Positions 17,294 through 25,551 of a stretch of DNA of 64,000 nucleotides are shown here, piece after piece. Each line of letters opens with the position of its first letter. Within the stretch, counting starts at the first letter, position 1. Position numbers and translations under genes: made by a program. Under the pieces are notes generated by a model that ran no database searches, was not told the origin of the DNA, and worked only from the letters and a program-made list of their open reading frames with translations. Source of the stretch: Nitrospinales bacterium (GTDB lineage: Bacteria; Nitrospinota; Nitrospinia; Nitrospinales; JAJDAT01); the NCBI GenBank assembly GCA_046757665.1, contig JBHHYO010000001.1, positions 32,001 to 96,000 on the forward strand. The letters run 5' to 3'.

Positions 17294-20188
17294 GTGAAAA
17301 TTCTTGTCTGCAATCCGCCCGGCCGATTTCCCGGAAACCGGTACGTCTGCCCCTTTCCCAGCCGATGGACCAGCATGTTCAAGGGGTATCCGGTTTTCAT
17401 TTATTACCCTTACGAGTTGGCCTACCTGTCCGCCCTCCTGAAAAGAGAGTTGCCCGGCGACCAGGTGAAGATGGTGGACGGCGCCTGGCTACGGTTTACC
17501 GCCGACGATTACATTCGCTTCCTGAAACACGAAAAACCCGACTGGGTGGTGTTTGAGGTGGATACCGTCACCTACGGCGAAACGCGCAAAATAGCCGACC
17601 GCATCAAATCGGACCTGGGAACCCGGGTTATCATGACCGGCCAATACCCGACGGCGTTTCCCGAAAAAGTGGCGGCGGACGGTTATCGCTATGTCTGCAT
17701 CGGCGAGTTCGAAGCCACCGTCCTGGACGTGTTGAGGGGGAATGACCCGAAATCCATCGAGGGGCTCCACCCGAACTCCTATCGCAAGGTTCTCGATCTT
17801 GACTGGCTTCCGGACCCCGAGGACGAGGATATCCGCCGCATCGACTACAGTTATTCCGGCGGGCACCGCTGGACGCGCTACCGGGAAATCGAGGTTCACC
17901 CGTCGCGCGGGTGCCCTTACACGTGCGATTTTTGCGTAGCCGGCACCGTTTACTACGAAAACATCAACTGGCGTTTTCGCAAGCCGGAACGGATCGTCAA
18001 TGAGATCGAAACCCTGCGCCGCAAATATCCGCAAATGGAAGGCTGTTTCTTCAACGAAGAAACCCACATCATCAGGAAAAAAAACATTCTGGAATTTTGC
18101 GATGCCCTCATCGCCTCCGGCAACAACGACCTGCATTTCGAGGCCATGGCCAACCACCAGCGGCTGGACGAGGAAATTCTCGAAGCCTTGAAGCGGGCCG
18201 GTTACTATAAACTGCGCATCGGCATCGAAAGCGTGGACGAAGCCACCGGGCAAAGCATCGGCCTGGTCAAGACCCGTCCCGACCGCCTGGAAAAGGTTTT
18301 GAAAATCGCCGCCAAGCTGGGGATCGAAATGTACGGCACCTTTCTCTTCGGGGCATCCGGTTCCACCCGGGAGGGCGACCGCAAAACCATCGAGTTCGGA
18401 CGCAGAGTTATCTCAAAGGGGTTGTTGACCAGTTGGCAGGCATCCATTGCCGTCCCCCACCCGGCAACGCCGTTTTACCGAAAAGCCGTCGAAAACGACT
18501 GGCTGGTGACCGACAGCCTGGACCGCTTCAACGGCATCAGCGACACCGTGGTCAGCTATCCCGATTACCCGCGAGAGCAAATCCTGGAAACGGTGAAGGA
18601 GATGGGACGGGAGTTTGAAGCCGCGCGGTCTTTCGATACCGTTCGCAGGCATAAATCCGTCGCCCAGGAAAAAACCGCTATCCTCAAAAAAGACGAGGCC
18701 GTCGTTAATCGAAAACTGGACGCCCTGGCTCCGTTGTTCCAAAGCGGCGAAAACGAAAAAACCCTGGAAGCCGCAAGAGCCATCCTCAAGACTTTTCCGC
18801 AAGCCCTGACGGCCCGCCACGCGATCGGCTCCGTTTACAAGCGAATGGGGGATTTGGCCGCGGCCCGGCGGGAGTTCGAGTTCATTGTCGCCACCGCCTT
18901 CGATTATGAGGATGCGTTGCAGTATGCCGCCGGCGCGCATTTTCATCTCGGCGTTATCGGCCTGGCGGAAAATAAAATCGAGGAGGCTCGCCGGCATCTT
19001 AAAAACTGTATGCACCTGAACCCGGACCACGAGGAAGCCCGGCGGCACTATTGGATGTTGACGGAAACCGGCGGCCGGTGGCTGAGCCTCGAGCGCGCAC
19101 TGCTCGCCTGGAAGCCGGAAGAGAAATGCCATTCCGCCATGATGGCGCTGTTCTCCCTTTGCGCGCCGTTGTTTCGGCTTTGGCTTAGACCCCCGCCAGC
19201 GGTAGCGCCCGCTCGCAAGAGGACACCGCTGGAGTTTAAAGTCCTGCACGAGCCCGCCTCCCGCGGCACGCCCGATGTCTCTGTCGTTATCCGCGCCTGC
19301 AACGAGGCCGAGTTGCTTGCCCAAACCCTGGATGCCGTTACGGAGCAGAAGGGAATCGAAAAAGAAATCATTGTGATCGACTCGCAATCCACGGACGCCA
19401 CGGTGGACATTGCGCGTTCCTTTTCGGCGCGGGTTGTTGAAATCGAAAAAAGCGGCTTCAACTATGCGGCGGCGCTGAACCTGGGTGTCCGCCTGGCGCG
19501 TGGGAAATATGTCGTCAACCTGAGCGCCCATGCCGTGCCGGTGGACACGCGATGGCTGGCGAACCTGATTCAACCCCTGGCCGAGGACCCCGAAACGGCG
19601 GGAGTGCATGGCCGCGAGTTGCCCATGAGGAACCGGTGCGGCGTATTTGAATGGAAAATCCTTGCCGATTCGTTTCCGGACCGCCGGCTCGAGAAAAAGA
19701 ACGATTTCTTTTTTTCCAATGCCAACTCCGCCATGCGCCGGGAGACGCTTGTGGCTTATCCCTTTGACGAATCCGTCGGCTGGGCGGAGGACCAGTTGTG
19801 GGCGGACCGGGTGCAGAAAGCCGGATACAAAACCGTTTACCAACCGGGCGCGGCGGTCTTTCATTCCCACAACCTGACGGCCAAACAGAACTTCGAGCGG
19901 TGCTTGAAATATTATCAAACACTGTTCGCCACCGTTTACCGCGACCGGGCTGTCGAGGTGCGCGGCGCGTTTCGCGCCTCGCTCGCGGCGCGCGCGGTGT
20001 CACTGCGCCGGTTTCTGGTCGAGCGGCGGTTGATGCGGCCGCTTCCGGCGTTCTTTTACGCGCCGTTTTGCGAATACGTCAATTACCTGGGTTGCGAGAT
20101 TTCCTGCGCCGCCCGAACCGCCCCGGAAAAAATTTCCGGTATCCGGGAAAACCGTGTCCGGCAACCTCAAAATCAGGCTGTATCGTGA
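17294..20188 (+). CDS. Cobalamin-binding radical SAM - TPR - GT2 fusion protein
   Basis: MKILVCNPP..YPYELAYL..GEFE (B12-binding domain); SRGCPYTCDFC; TPRs; then DVSVVIRACNE..VIDSQSTD..LSAHAVP..AEDQLW (GT2). Confidence 0.85.
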   Translation: MKILVCNPPGRFPGNRYVCPFPSRWTSMFKGYPVFIYYPYELAYLSALLKRELPGDQVKMVDGAWLRFTADDYIRFLKHEKPDWVVFEVDTVTYGETRKIADRIKSDLGTRVIMTGQYPTAFPEKVAADGYRYVCIGEFEATVLDVLRGNDPKSIEGLHPNSYRKVLDLDWLPDPEDEDIRRIDYSYSGGHRWTRYREIEVHPSRGCPYTCDFCVAGTVYYENINWRFRKPERIVNEIETLRRKYPQMEGCFFNEETHIIRKKNILEFCDALIASGNNDLHFEAMANHQRLDEEILEALKRAGYYKLRIGIESVDEATGQSIGLVKTRPDRLEKVLKIAAKLGIEMYGTFLFGASGSTREGDRKTIEFGRRVISKGLLTSWQASIAVPHPATPFYRKAVENDWLVTDSLDRFNGISDTVVSYPDYPREQILETVKEMGREFEAARSFDTVRRHKSVAQEKTAILKKDEAVVNRKLDALAPLFQSGENEKTLEAARAILKTFPQALTARHAIGSVYKRMGDLAAARREFEFIVATAFDYEDALQYAAGAHFHLGVIGLAENKIEEARRHLKNCMHLNPDHEEARRHYWMLTETGGRWLSLERALLAWKPEEKCHSAMMALFSLCAPLFRLWLRPPPAVAPARKRTPLEFKVLHEPASRGTPDVSVVIRACNEAELLAQTLDAVTEQKGIEKEIIVIDSQSTDATVDIARSFSARVVEIEKSGFNYAAALNLGVRLARGKYVVNLSAHAVPVDTRWLANLIQPLAEDPETAGVHGRELPMRNRCGVFEWKILADSFPDRRLEKKNDFFFSNANSAMRRETLVAYPFDESVGWAEDQLWADRVQKAGYKTVYQPGAAVFHSHNLTAKQNFERCLKYYQTLFATVYRDRAVEVRGAFRASLAARAVSLRRFLVERRLMRPLPAFFYAPFCEYVNYLGCEISCAARTAPEKISGIRENRVRQPQNQAVS

Positions 20189-21150
20189 AAATCAGCGTCA
20201 TCGTTCCCAATTGGAACGGCATCCGGTTCGTCGGCATGTGCCTGGACTCCCTGGCAAAATCGCAGTTCGATGATTGCGAGGTGATCGTCGTGGACAACGG
20301 CTCCACCGACGGGTCGAGGGAAATGATCCAGGAAAAATACCCCTGGGTGAGGCTGATCGCGCTTCCGCAAAATCTCGGTTTTGCCCGCGCCTGCAATGAG
20401 GGAATCAAGGCCTCGCGGGCCGAATATGTCGTCCTTCTCAACAACGACATCGAAGTAACTCCCCACTGGCTCCGCGAACTTTACGACGGCATGGAACGGC
20501 ATCCGGAATGCGGGATGGGAACCAGCAAGATGATGTTTCTGCACGACCGCGAAACGTTTTACAATGCGGGAGACTTGTTCTACGCCTGGTCGTCGGGCGG
20601 AGGCCGGGGCCAGGGCGAAAAGGATGTTGGACAATATGAACGGGAAGAACACGTTTTCGGCGCCTGCGCCGGAGCCGGGATTTACCGCCGCGGTTTGTTT
20701 CAAACCATCGGCTTGTTTGACGAGGATTTTTTTATCTTCGCCGAGGATGTCGATCTCAATCTGCGCAGTCAACTGCGGGGATTCAAGTCGGTTTACCTGC
20801 CCCGCGCCAAGGTGTACCACATCGGCACGGCCACCGTCGGCCTTTACAGTGACCGGCACATTTATCTTTGCAAGAGGAACGATATTTTAGTCATGGTCAA
20901 AAATTATTCCCTCGCCATGTACTTCAGGCATTTGTTGTCGATCATCAGGCATCAGTTGGCGGACATCGGCTATTTCTCCAGCCGGGGGCAGGGCGGGGCG
21001 CTTTTCAAGAGCAAGTGGCACGCCCTCGCCATGATGCCGAAAATGCTGGCCCGGCGCCGTTCCATTCAGCGTTCCAGAACGGCGCCGGACTCGGAAGTGG
21101 AACAAATGATAATCACCGACCGATGCCATGCCCCGCCGGGCTCAAGTTAA
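20185..21150 (+). CDS. Glycosyltransferase family 2
   Basis: GTG start overlaps the upstream TGA; ISVIVPNWNG, VDNGSTDGS, LLNND, FDEDFFIFAEDVDL. Confidence 0.9.
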   Translation: MKISVIVPNWNGIRFVGMCLDSLAKSQFDDCEVIVVDNGSTDGSREMIQEKYPWVRLIALPQNLGFARACNEGIKASRAEYVVLLNNDIEVTPHWLRELYDGMERHPECGMGTSKMMFLHDRETFYNAGDLFYAWSSGGGRGQGEKDVGQYEREEHVFGACAGAGIYRRGLFQTIGLFDEDFFIFAEDVDLNLRSQLRGFKSVYLPRAKVYHIGTATVGLYSDRHIYLCKRNDILVMVKNYSLAMYFRHLLSIIRHQLADIGYFSSRGQGGALFKSKWHALAMMPKMLARRRSIQRSRTAPDSEVEQMIITDRCHAPPGSS

Positions 21151-21212
21151 AGGGCTCGGATTCCGTTCAGGAAGAGAAAACCCTTGCGTTTCCTGGTAGC
21201 CGAAATAATATC

Positions 21213-23297
21213 ATGAAGATTCTTTTGCTCTATCCTCCCGACCGGGCGTTCCCGGCGGTTCCCTACGCCAGCCTGCCGGCCCTGGCGCCCTGTCTGCAAC
21301 AGGCGGGCCACGAGGTCGTTCTCCGCGACGCTTCCCTGGATGTTTTTCATCGGTTGATGAAGGAGGAAACGCTTTTCCGCTATCTCAAGACGTATCGGGA
21401 GCGGTTGCGCGTTCTGGAAGCGAAAGTTTCCCTGAATCCCGATGAAGCGGAAGAATACAAGGCTCTCGTTCAAACTCTCGCGGTTCCCGAGGAAGCATTG
21501 CGCCGGGTGACCGCTTCCATCCGGATCATGCAAAGCGAGGAGTTTTACAAGCCCGAATCGTTCACGCGGGCCTGGGATGATTTGCGGAGCGCCATGCGGT
21601 TTTATTACGGACCGAACCCCATCGACTCGCCGAATTACCCCGACTTTGCCGACCGGCTCCGCAAAGCGTTAAGCGCCCGGTGGATCGACCCCGTTGCCGA
21701 CGTTTACGGTCAAGGTTACATCGAGAGCCTGTTGCGGGAAACACCCGACCTGATCGGAATCAGCATTCCGTTTATCGTGTCTTATTACGAAGCCATGAAG
21801 CTGGCGAAACATATCCGTGCCCGAGCCCCACGCATCCCACTGGTGATCGGCGGCTCCCTGATCGACACTTACAAGGACGTTATGGCCGCCGATCCCGGAT
21901 TATACGATCTTTTCGATTATGCCATGGTGGGCGAGGGAGAGGAAGCCGTCTGCCGGCTAGCCGCGGCGCTGGAAAACGGCGCCGGCCTGGATGCGGTGCC
22001 CAACCTGTATTACCGGGACGCCGCCGGCGCGGTGAAACATACCGCGAAAAAGTCCGTGGAGGATTTGAACGTGCTTCCGGCTCCGGATTTCACGGGACTG
22101 CCGCTGGAAAAATATCTTTCGCCCGAACCGATCGCCAGTTTCCAGACTTCGCGTGGGTGTTACTACGGCAAGTGCACGTTTTGCTCCCTGTCTTTCCGCG
22201 ATAACTTCCGCCTTCGGGACCCGCGGCGGGTTGTTCAGGATATGATCGACATCCACGCGAGCACGGGCATCAAGACATTTCTTTTGTGGGATTCCCTGTC
22301 GCCACCCAAGACAGTGCGCGCCGTCGCCGGTCAGGTCAGGGACGAGAACCTGGGGTTTCACTGGTTCGCCGAGACCAAGTTTGAAAAAACGTATCTGAAT
22401 AAAAAGTTCCTGCAAGACCTTGGAGAGGGCGGATGCCGGTTCCTGCAATTCGGAATGGAGTCGGCCAGCGAGCGCATCCTCGACCTGATCGACAAAGGCA
22501 ACAAGAATGCGGAGATCGACGTCATGCTGGACAACATGGCGGCGGCGGGAATCGGCGCCAGCTTGACCTGGTTCATCGGTTTTCCCACGGAAACCGAGGC
22601 GGAAGCCGACGCCAGTTACGATTTCATCGAGGCCCGCCGGCACAAGGTGACTCTTTCCGCCTATACCGGAACATATAACCTGTTGCCCGACCAGCCGTTG
22701 TTTTACGACCGGGACAGTTATGGGATCGACATCCATCGCAACGCCGATGGCGGCTATTATTTCACTTACCGGGACGGTTCCGAGCCTTACGACCGGAGCG
22801 AGCGCAACCACGCTTTTCTGGCGCGCGGCGATGCGGAGCTTCTCAAGCATGGCGCATACATTCTTTATTCGACCTATTGCCCGGACCGTATTCATAAACT
22901 GTCGGGCGCGTATCGGGTGGGTCCCCTGGTCCGCGACGTCGAGAACCTTGAGGAAGCGGTGGTGCAACGCACGCCGGAGACGCACATCACCGCTTTTGCC
23001 AGGGACCCGATCAAGGATTTTAACGCGCCGCCTTCTCCCGTAAAACTGGTTTACCAGTCCATGACCGGGGAGGTTTTTCGGCTTCGGGGAAGGGAGATGG
23101 CCGTCCTTGATGCCGGCGCGGAGCCTGTGTCGCTCGCCGCGATTGGAAAAAGAATCGGCATGGACTGGCGGGAACTGGAGTCCATTGTTCATACCCTGAC
23201 GAATCGCGGGTTGCTGAAATTCATTGTGAATGGGAACAGCCCGGACGCGCAAAACCGGGTTCTTGAGAAAATTGAAGCCTGCGTGGAGTCGCCATGA
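21213..23297 (+). CDS. Cobalamin-binding radical SAM protein (paralogue 1)
   Basis: MKILLLYPP..PYASLPAL, VIGG, GEGEEA, TSRGCYYGKCTFC, GMESAS, IGFPTET. Confidence 0.9.
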   Translation: MKILLLYPPDRAFPAVPYASLPALAPCLQQAGHEVVLRDASLDVFHRLMKEETLFRYLKTYRERLRVLEAKVSLNPDEAEEYKALVQTLAVPEEALRRVTASIRIMQSEEFYKPESFTRAWDDLRSAMRFYYGPNPIDSPNYPDFADRLRKALSARWIDPVADVYGQGYIESLLRETPDLIGISIPFIVSYYEAMKLAKHIRARAPRIPLVIGGSLIDTYKDVMAADPGLYDLFDYAMVGEGEEAVCRLAAALENGAGLDAVPNLYYRDAAGAVKHTAKKSVEDLNVLPAPDFTGLPLEKYLSPEPIASFQTSRGCYYGKCTFCSLSFRDNFRLRDPRRVVQDMIDIHASTGIKTFLLWDSLSPPKTVRAVAGQVRDENLGFHWFAETKFEKTYLNKKFLQDLGEGGCRFLQFGMESASERILDLIDKGNKNAEIDVMLDNMAAAGIGASLTWFIGFPTETEAEADASYDFIEARRHKVTLSAYTGTYNLLPDQPLFYDRDSYGIDIHRNADGGYYFTYRDGSEPYDRSERNHAFLARGDAELLKHGAYILYSTYCPDRIHKLSGAYRVGPLVRDVENLEEAVVQRTPETHITAFARDPIKDFNAPPSPVKLVYQSMTGEVFRLRGREMAVLDAGAEPVSLAAIGKRIGMDWRELESIVHTLTNRGLLKFIVNGNSPDAQNRVLEKIEACVESP

Positions 23298-25381
23298 AGG
23301 TTCTATTGATATACCCGCCGGACAGGGGACTGCCGTCGGCTCCCTACGCCAGCTTGCCCGTCCTGGGCGCCGCCCTGAAACAGGGAGGCCACGAGGTGGT
23401 CCTGCGCGATATCAATCTTGAAGTCTTCCATGCGTTGGTGCGGGAGGAAACAGCGCTCCATTATCGCGAAGCTTTTGCCGGGCGGTTGCGGGACCTGGAA
23501 ACCAGGCTGTCGTTGAATCCGCGCGAAGCCGAAGAATACAGCGCTCTCACGCAAATACTCTCCATTCCCGAACAGGCGCTGGGAAACACGTCTTCCGCCA
23601 TCCGCGTTATGCAAAGTCCCGGCGATTTCTACAACCCCGAAAAATTTAACCGGGCGCACGACGATCTGGCGGACGCCATTCGATTTTATTATGGACTGAA
23701 CCCCCTGGAGTCGGCTGAACTGCCCAATCTGGTTGACCGGCTTTTCGCCGCGTTGGACGACCGGCCGGTCGATCCTGTAGCGGACATATACCGGCAAAAG
23801 ATTGTTGCGGATATTTTGCGTGAGCAACCCGGCCTGATCGGACTCAGCATCCCGTTCATGATTTCTTACTATGAAACCATGAAGCTTATAAAACATATCC
23901 GGGAGCAAGCCCCCGCCATTCCCATAGTGATCGGAGGGGTCATGCTGGAAAACCGCATCGACCCCCTGGCAACCGATCCGCGGCTTTATCAACTGTTTGA
24001 TTATGTCATCGTTGGGGAAGGCGATTTGGCTCTATGCGAGCTGGCCGCGGCTTTGGAAACGGGAGGCGATCTGGATTCGGTGTCCAACTTGTGTTACCGG
24101 TCGTCCGACGGCACGGTGAAGCACACGGAAAAAAAGTCGGTGGAGAATTTAAACGATCTTCCGTCACCGGACTTCACCGAACTGCCGCTGGAGAAATACC
24201 TTTCGCCTGAACCCGTTGCCAGTTTCCAGACTTCGCGGGGATGTTACTATGGCAAGTGCACCTTTTGTTCCCTGTCCTTTCGCGACAACTTCCGCCTTAG
24301 AGACCCGCGGCTGGTTGTCGAGGACATGATCCATGTTCACGAGGTTACAGGCATCAAAATGTTCCTGTTGTGGGACTCGCTGTCTCCGCCCAGGACGCTC
24401 AAGTATATCGCCCGGGAAATCCGGGAGAAAAATCTGGGGTTCCACTGGTTTGCCGAGACCAAGTTTGAAAAGGTTTTTCTAAAACCCGAATTTGCGAAAA
24501 AACTTTACGAAGGCGGATGCCGCGTTCTCCAGTTGGGGCTGGAGTCCTCCACCCAGCGCATCCTCGACCTGACCGAAAAAGGCAACCGGATCGAGGACGT
24601 GGACATAATGCTGGACAATATAGCGGCGGCGGGAATATTGAGCAGTGTGTTCTGGTTCATCGGATTTCCCGGCGAAACCGGGGAAGAGGCCCGGCGGACT
24701 TATGATTTTATCCAAAGCCGGCGCGCCAAAATCACGCTTTCGCCCTATACCGGGACCTATACCCTACTGCCCGATCAGCCGTTGTTTCATCAACCCGGCC
24801 GCTATGGCATACAAATCCACCGCGATGCAGACAGCGGCAAATACCGGTACACTTACGCGGACGGTTCCCCGCCTTGCGACCTGACGGAACTGGATTATGC
24901 GTTTCAATCCCGCAGTGACGCAAAACTGCTCACCCACGGCGTTTATCTGCCATACGCCGTGAACAATGCGCCGGGACTGAAAAAACTGACCGGCAACAAC
25001 CGGCTGGGATTCCTGGCCCTCGAAATCGAAAGTCTGGACGAAGCGGTGGCGCAACGAACACCGGAAACTTATATTTATTCCTTCGCCAGGGACCCCATCA
25101 AGGATTTTGCCGCTCCGCCCCAGCCGGTAAAGCTGGTCTACCAAGCTGTTACGGGAAAAGTTTTTCGTCCGCGAGGCAGGGAGATGGCGGTTTTGGAAGC
25201 GATGCGTCAACCCACGCCGCTGTATTTGTTGACGGAAATCCTCGACATGGACTGGGAGGAGATCAAGCAAATTGTCGAAAAACTTTCCAACCGGGGGCTG
25301 ATCAAATTCCTGGTCGGTTTATCCGCTTACCAGGACTGCGGCAGACCGGATGAGGCTTTTTCCGAAATGGTTCAGCCGTGA
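23294..25381 (+). CDS. Cobalamin-binding radical SAM protein (paralogue 2)
   Basis: Collinear with paralogue 1; identical TSRGCYYGKCTFCSLSFRDNFRLRDPR; ATGA overlap. Confidence 0.9.
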   Translation: MKVLLIYPPDRGLPSAPYASLPVLGAALKQGGHEVVLRDINLEVFHALVREETALHYREAFAGRLRDLETRLSLNPREAEEYSALTQILSIPEQALGNTSSAIRVMQSPGDFYNPEKFNRAHDDLADAIRFYYGLNPLESAELPNLVDRLFAALDDRPVDPVADIYRQKIVADILREQPGLIGLSIPFMISYYETMKLIKHIREQAPAIPIVIGGVMLENRIDPLATDPRLYQLFDYVIVGEGDLALCELAAALETGGDLDSVSNLCYRSSDGTVKHTEKKSVENLNDLPSPDFTELPLEKYLSPEPVASFQTSRGCYYGKCTFCSLSFRDNFRLRDPRLVVEDMIHVHEVTGIKMFLLWDSLSPPRTLKYIAREIREKNLGFHWFAETKFEKVFLKPEFAKKLYEGGCRVLQLGLESSTQRILDLTEKGNRIEDVDIMLDNIAAAGILSSVFWFIGFPGETGEEARRTYDFIQSRRAKITLSPYTGTYTLLPDQPLFHQPGRYGIQIHRDADSGKYRYTYADGSPPCDLTELDYAFQSRSDAKLLTHGVYLPYAVNNAPGLKKLTGNNRLGFLALEIESLDEAVAQRTPETYIYSFARDPIKDFAAPPQPVKLVYQAVTGKVFRPRGREMAVLEAMRQPTPLYLLTEILDMDWEEIKQIVEKLSNRGLIKFLVGLSAYQDCGRPDEAFSEMVQP

Positions 25382-25551
25382 TTCAATCGGCAATGACGGG
25401 TACGCTCGTGCCATGATTTCCTGGTTCTTCTCCGCCGCGTGGTTCTTATGAAATTACTTTGAATTATTTTCCGGTTTATGTTTAGATGCAAGGCAGAAGC
25501 TGACCGGAAAAAAAGTTTGATTCCTCCAGAAACCTCCTAACCGCTTCAAAA

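Noticed and set aside
19798-21212. N-terminal extensions of the ORFs 19798..21150 and 20868..23297
   Set aside because: They overlap upstream genes out of frame; domain starts and paralogue comparison give 20185 and 21213.
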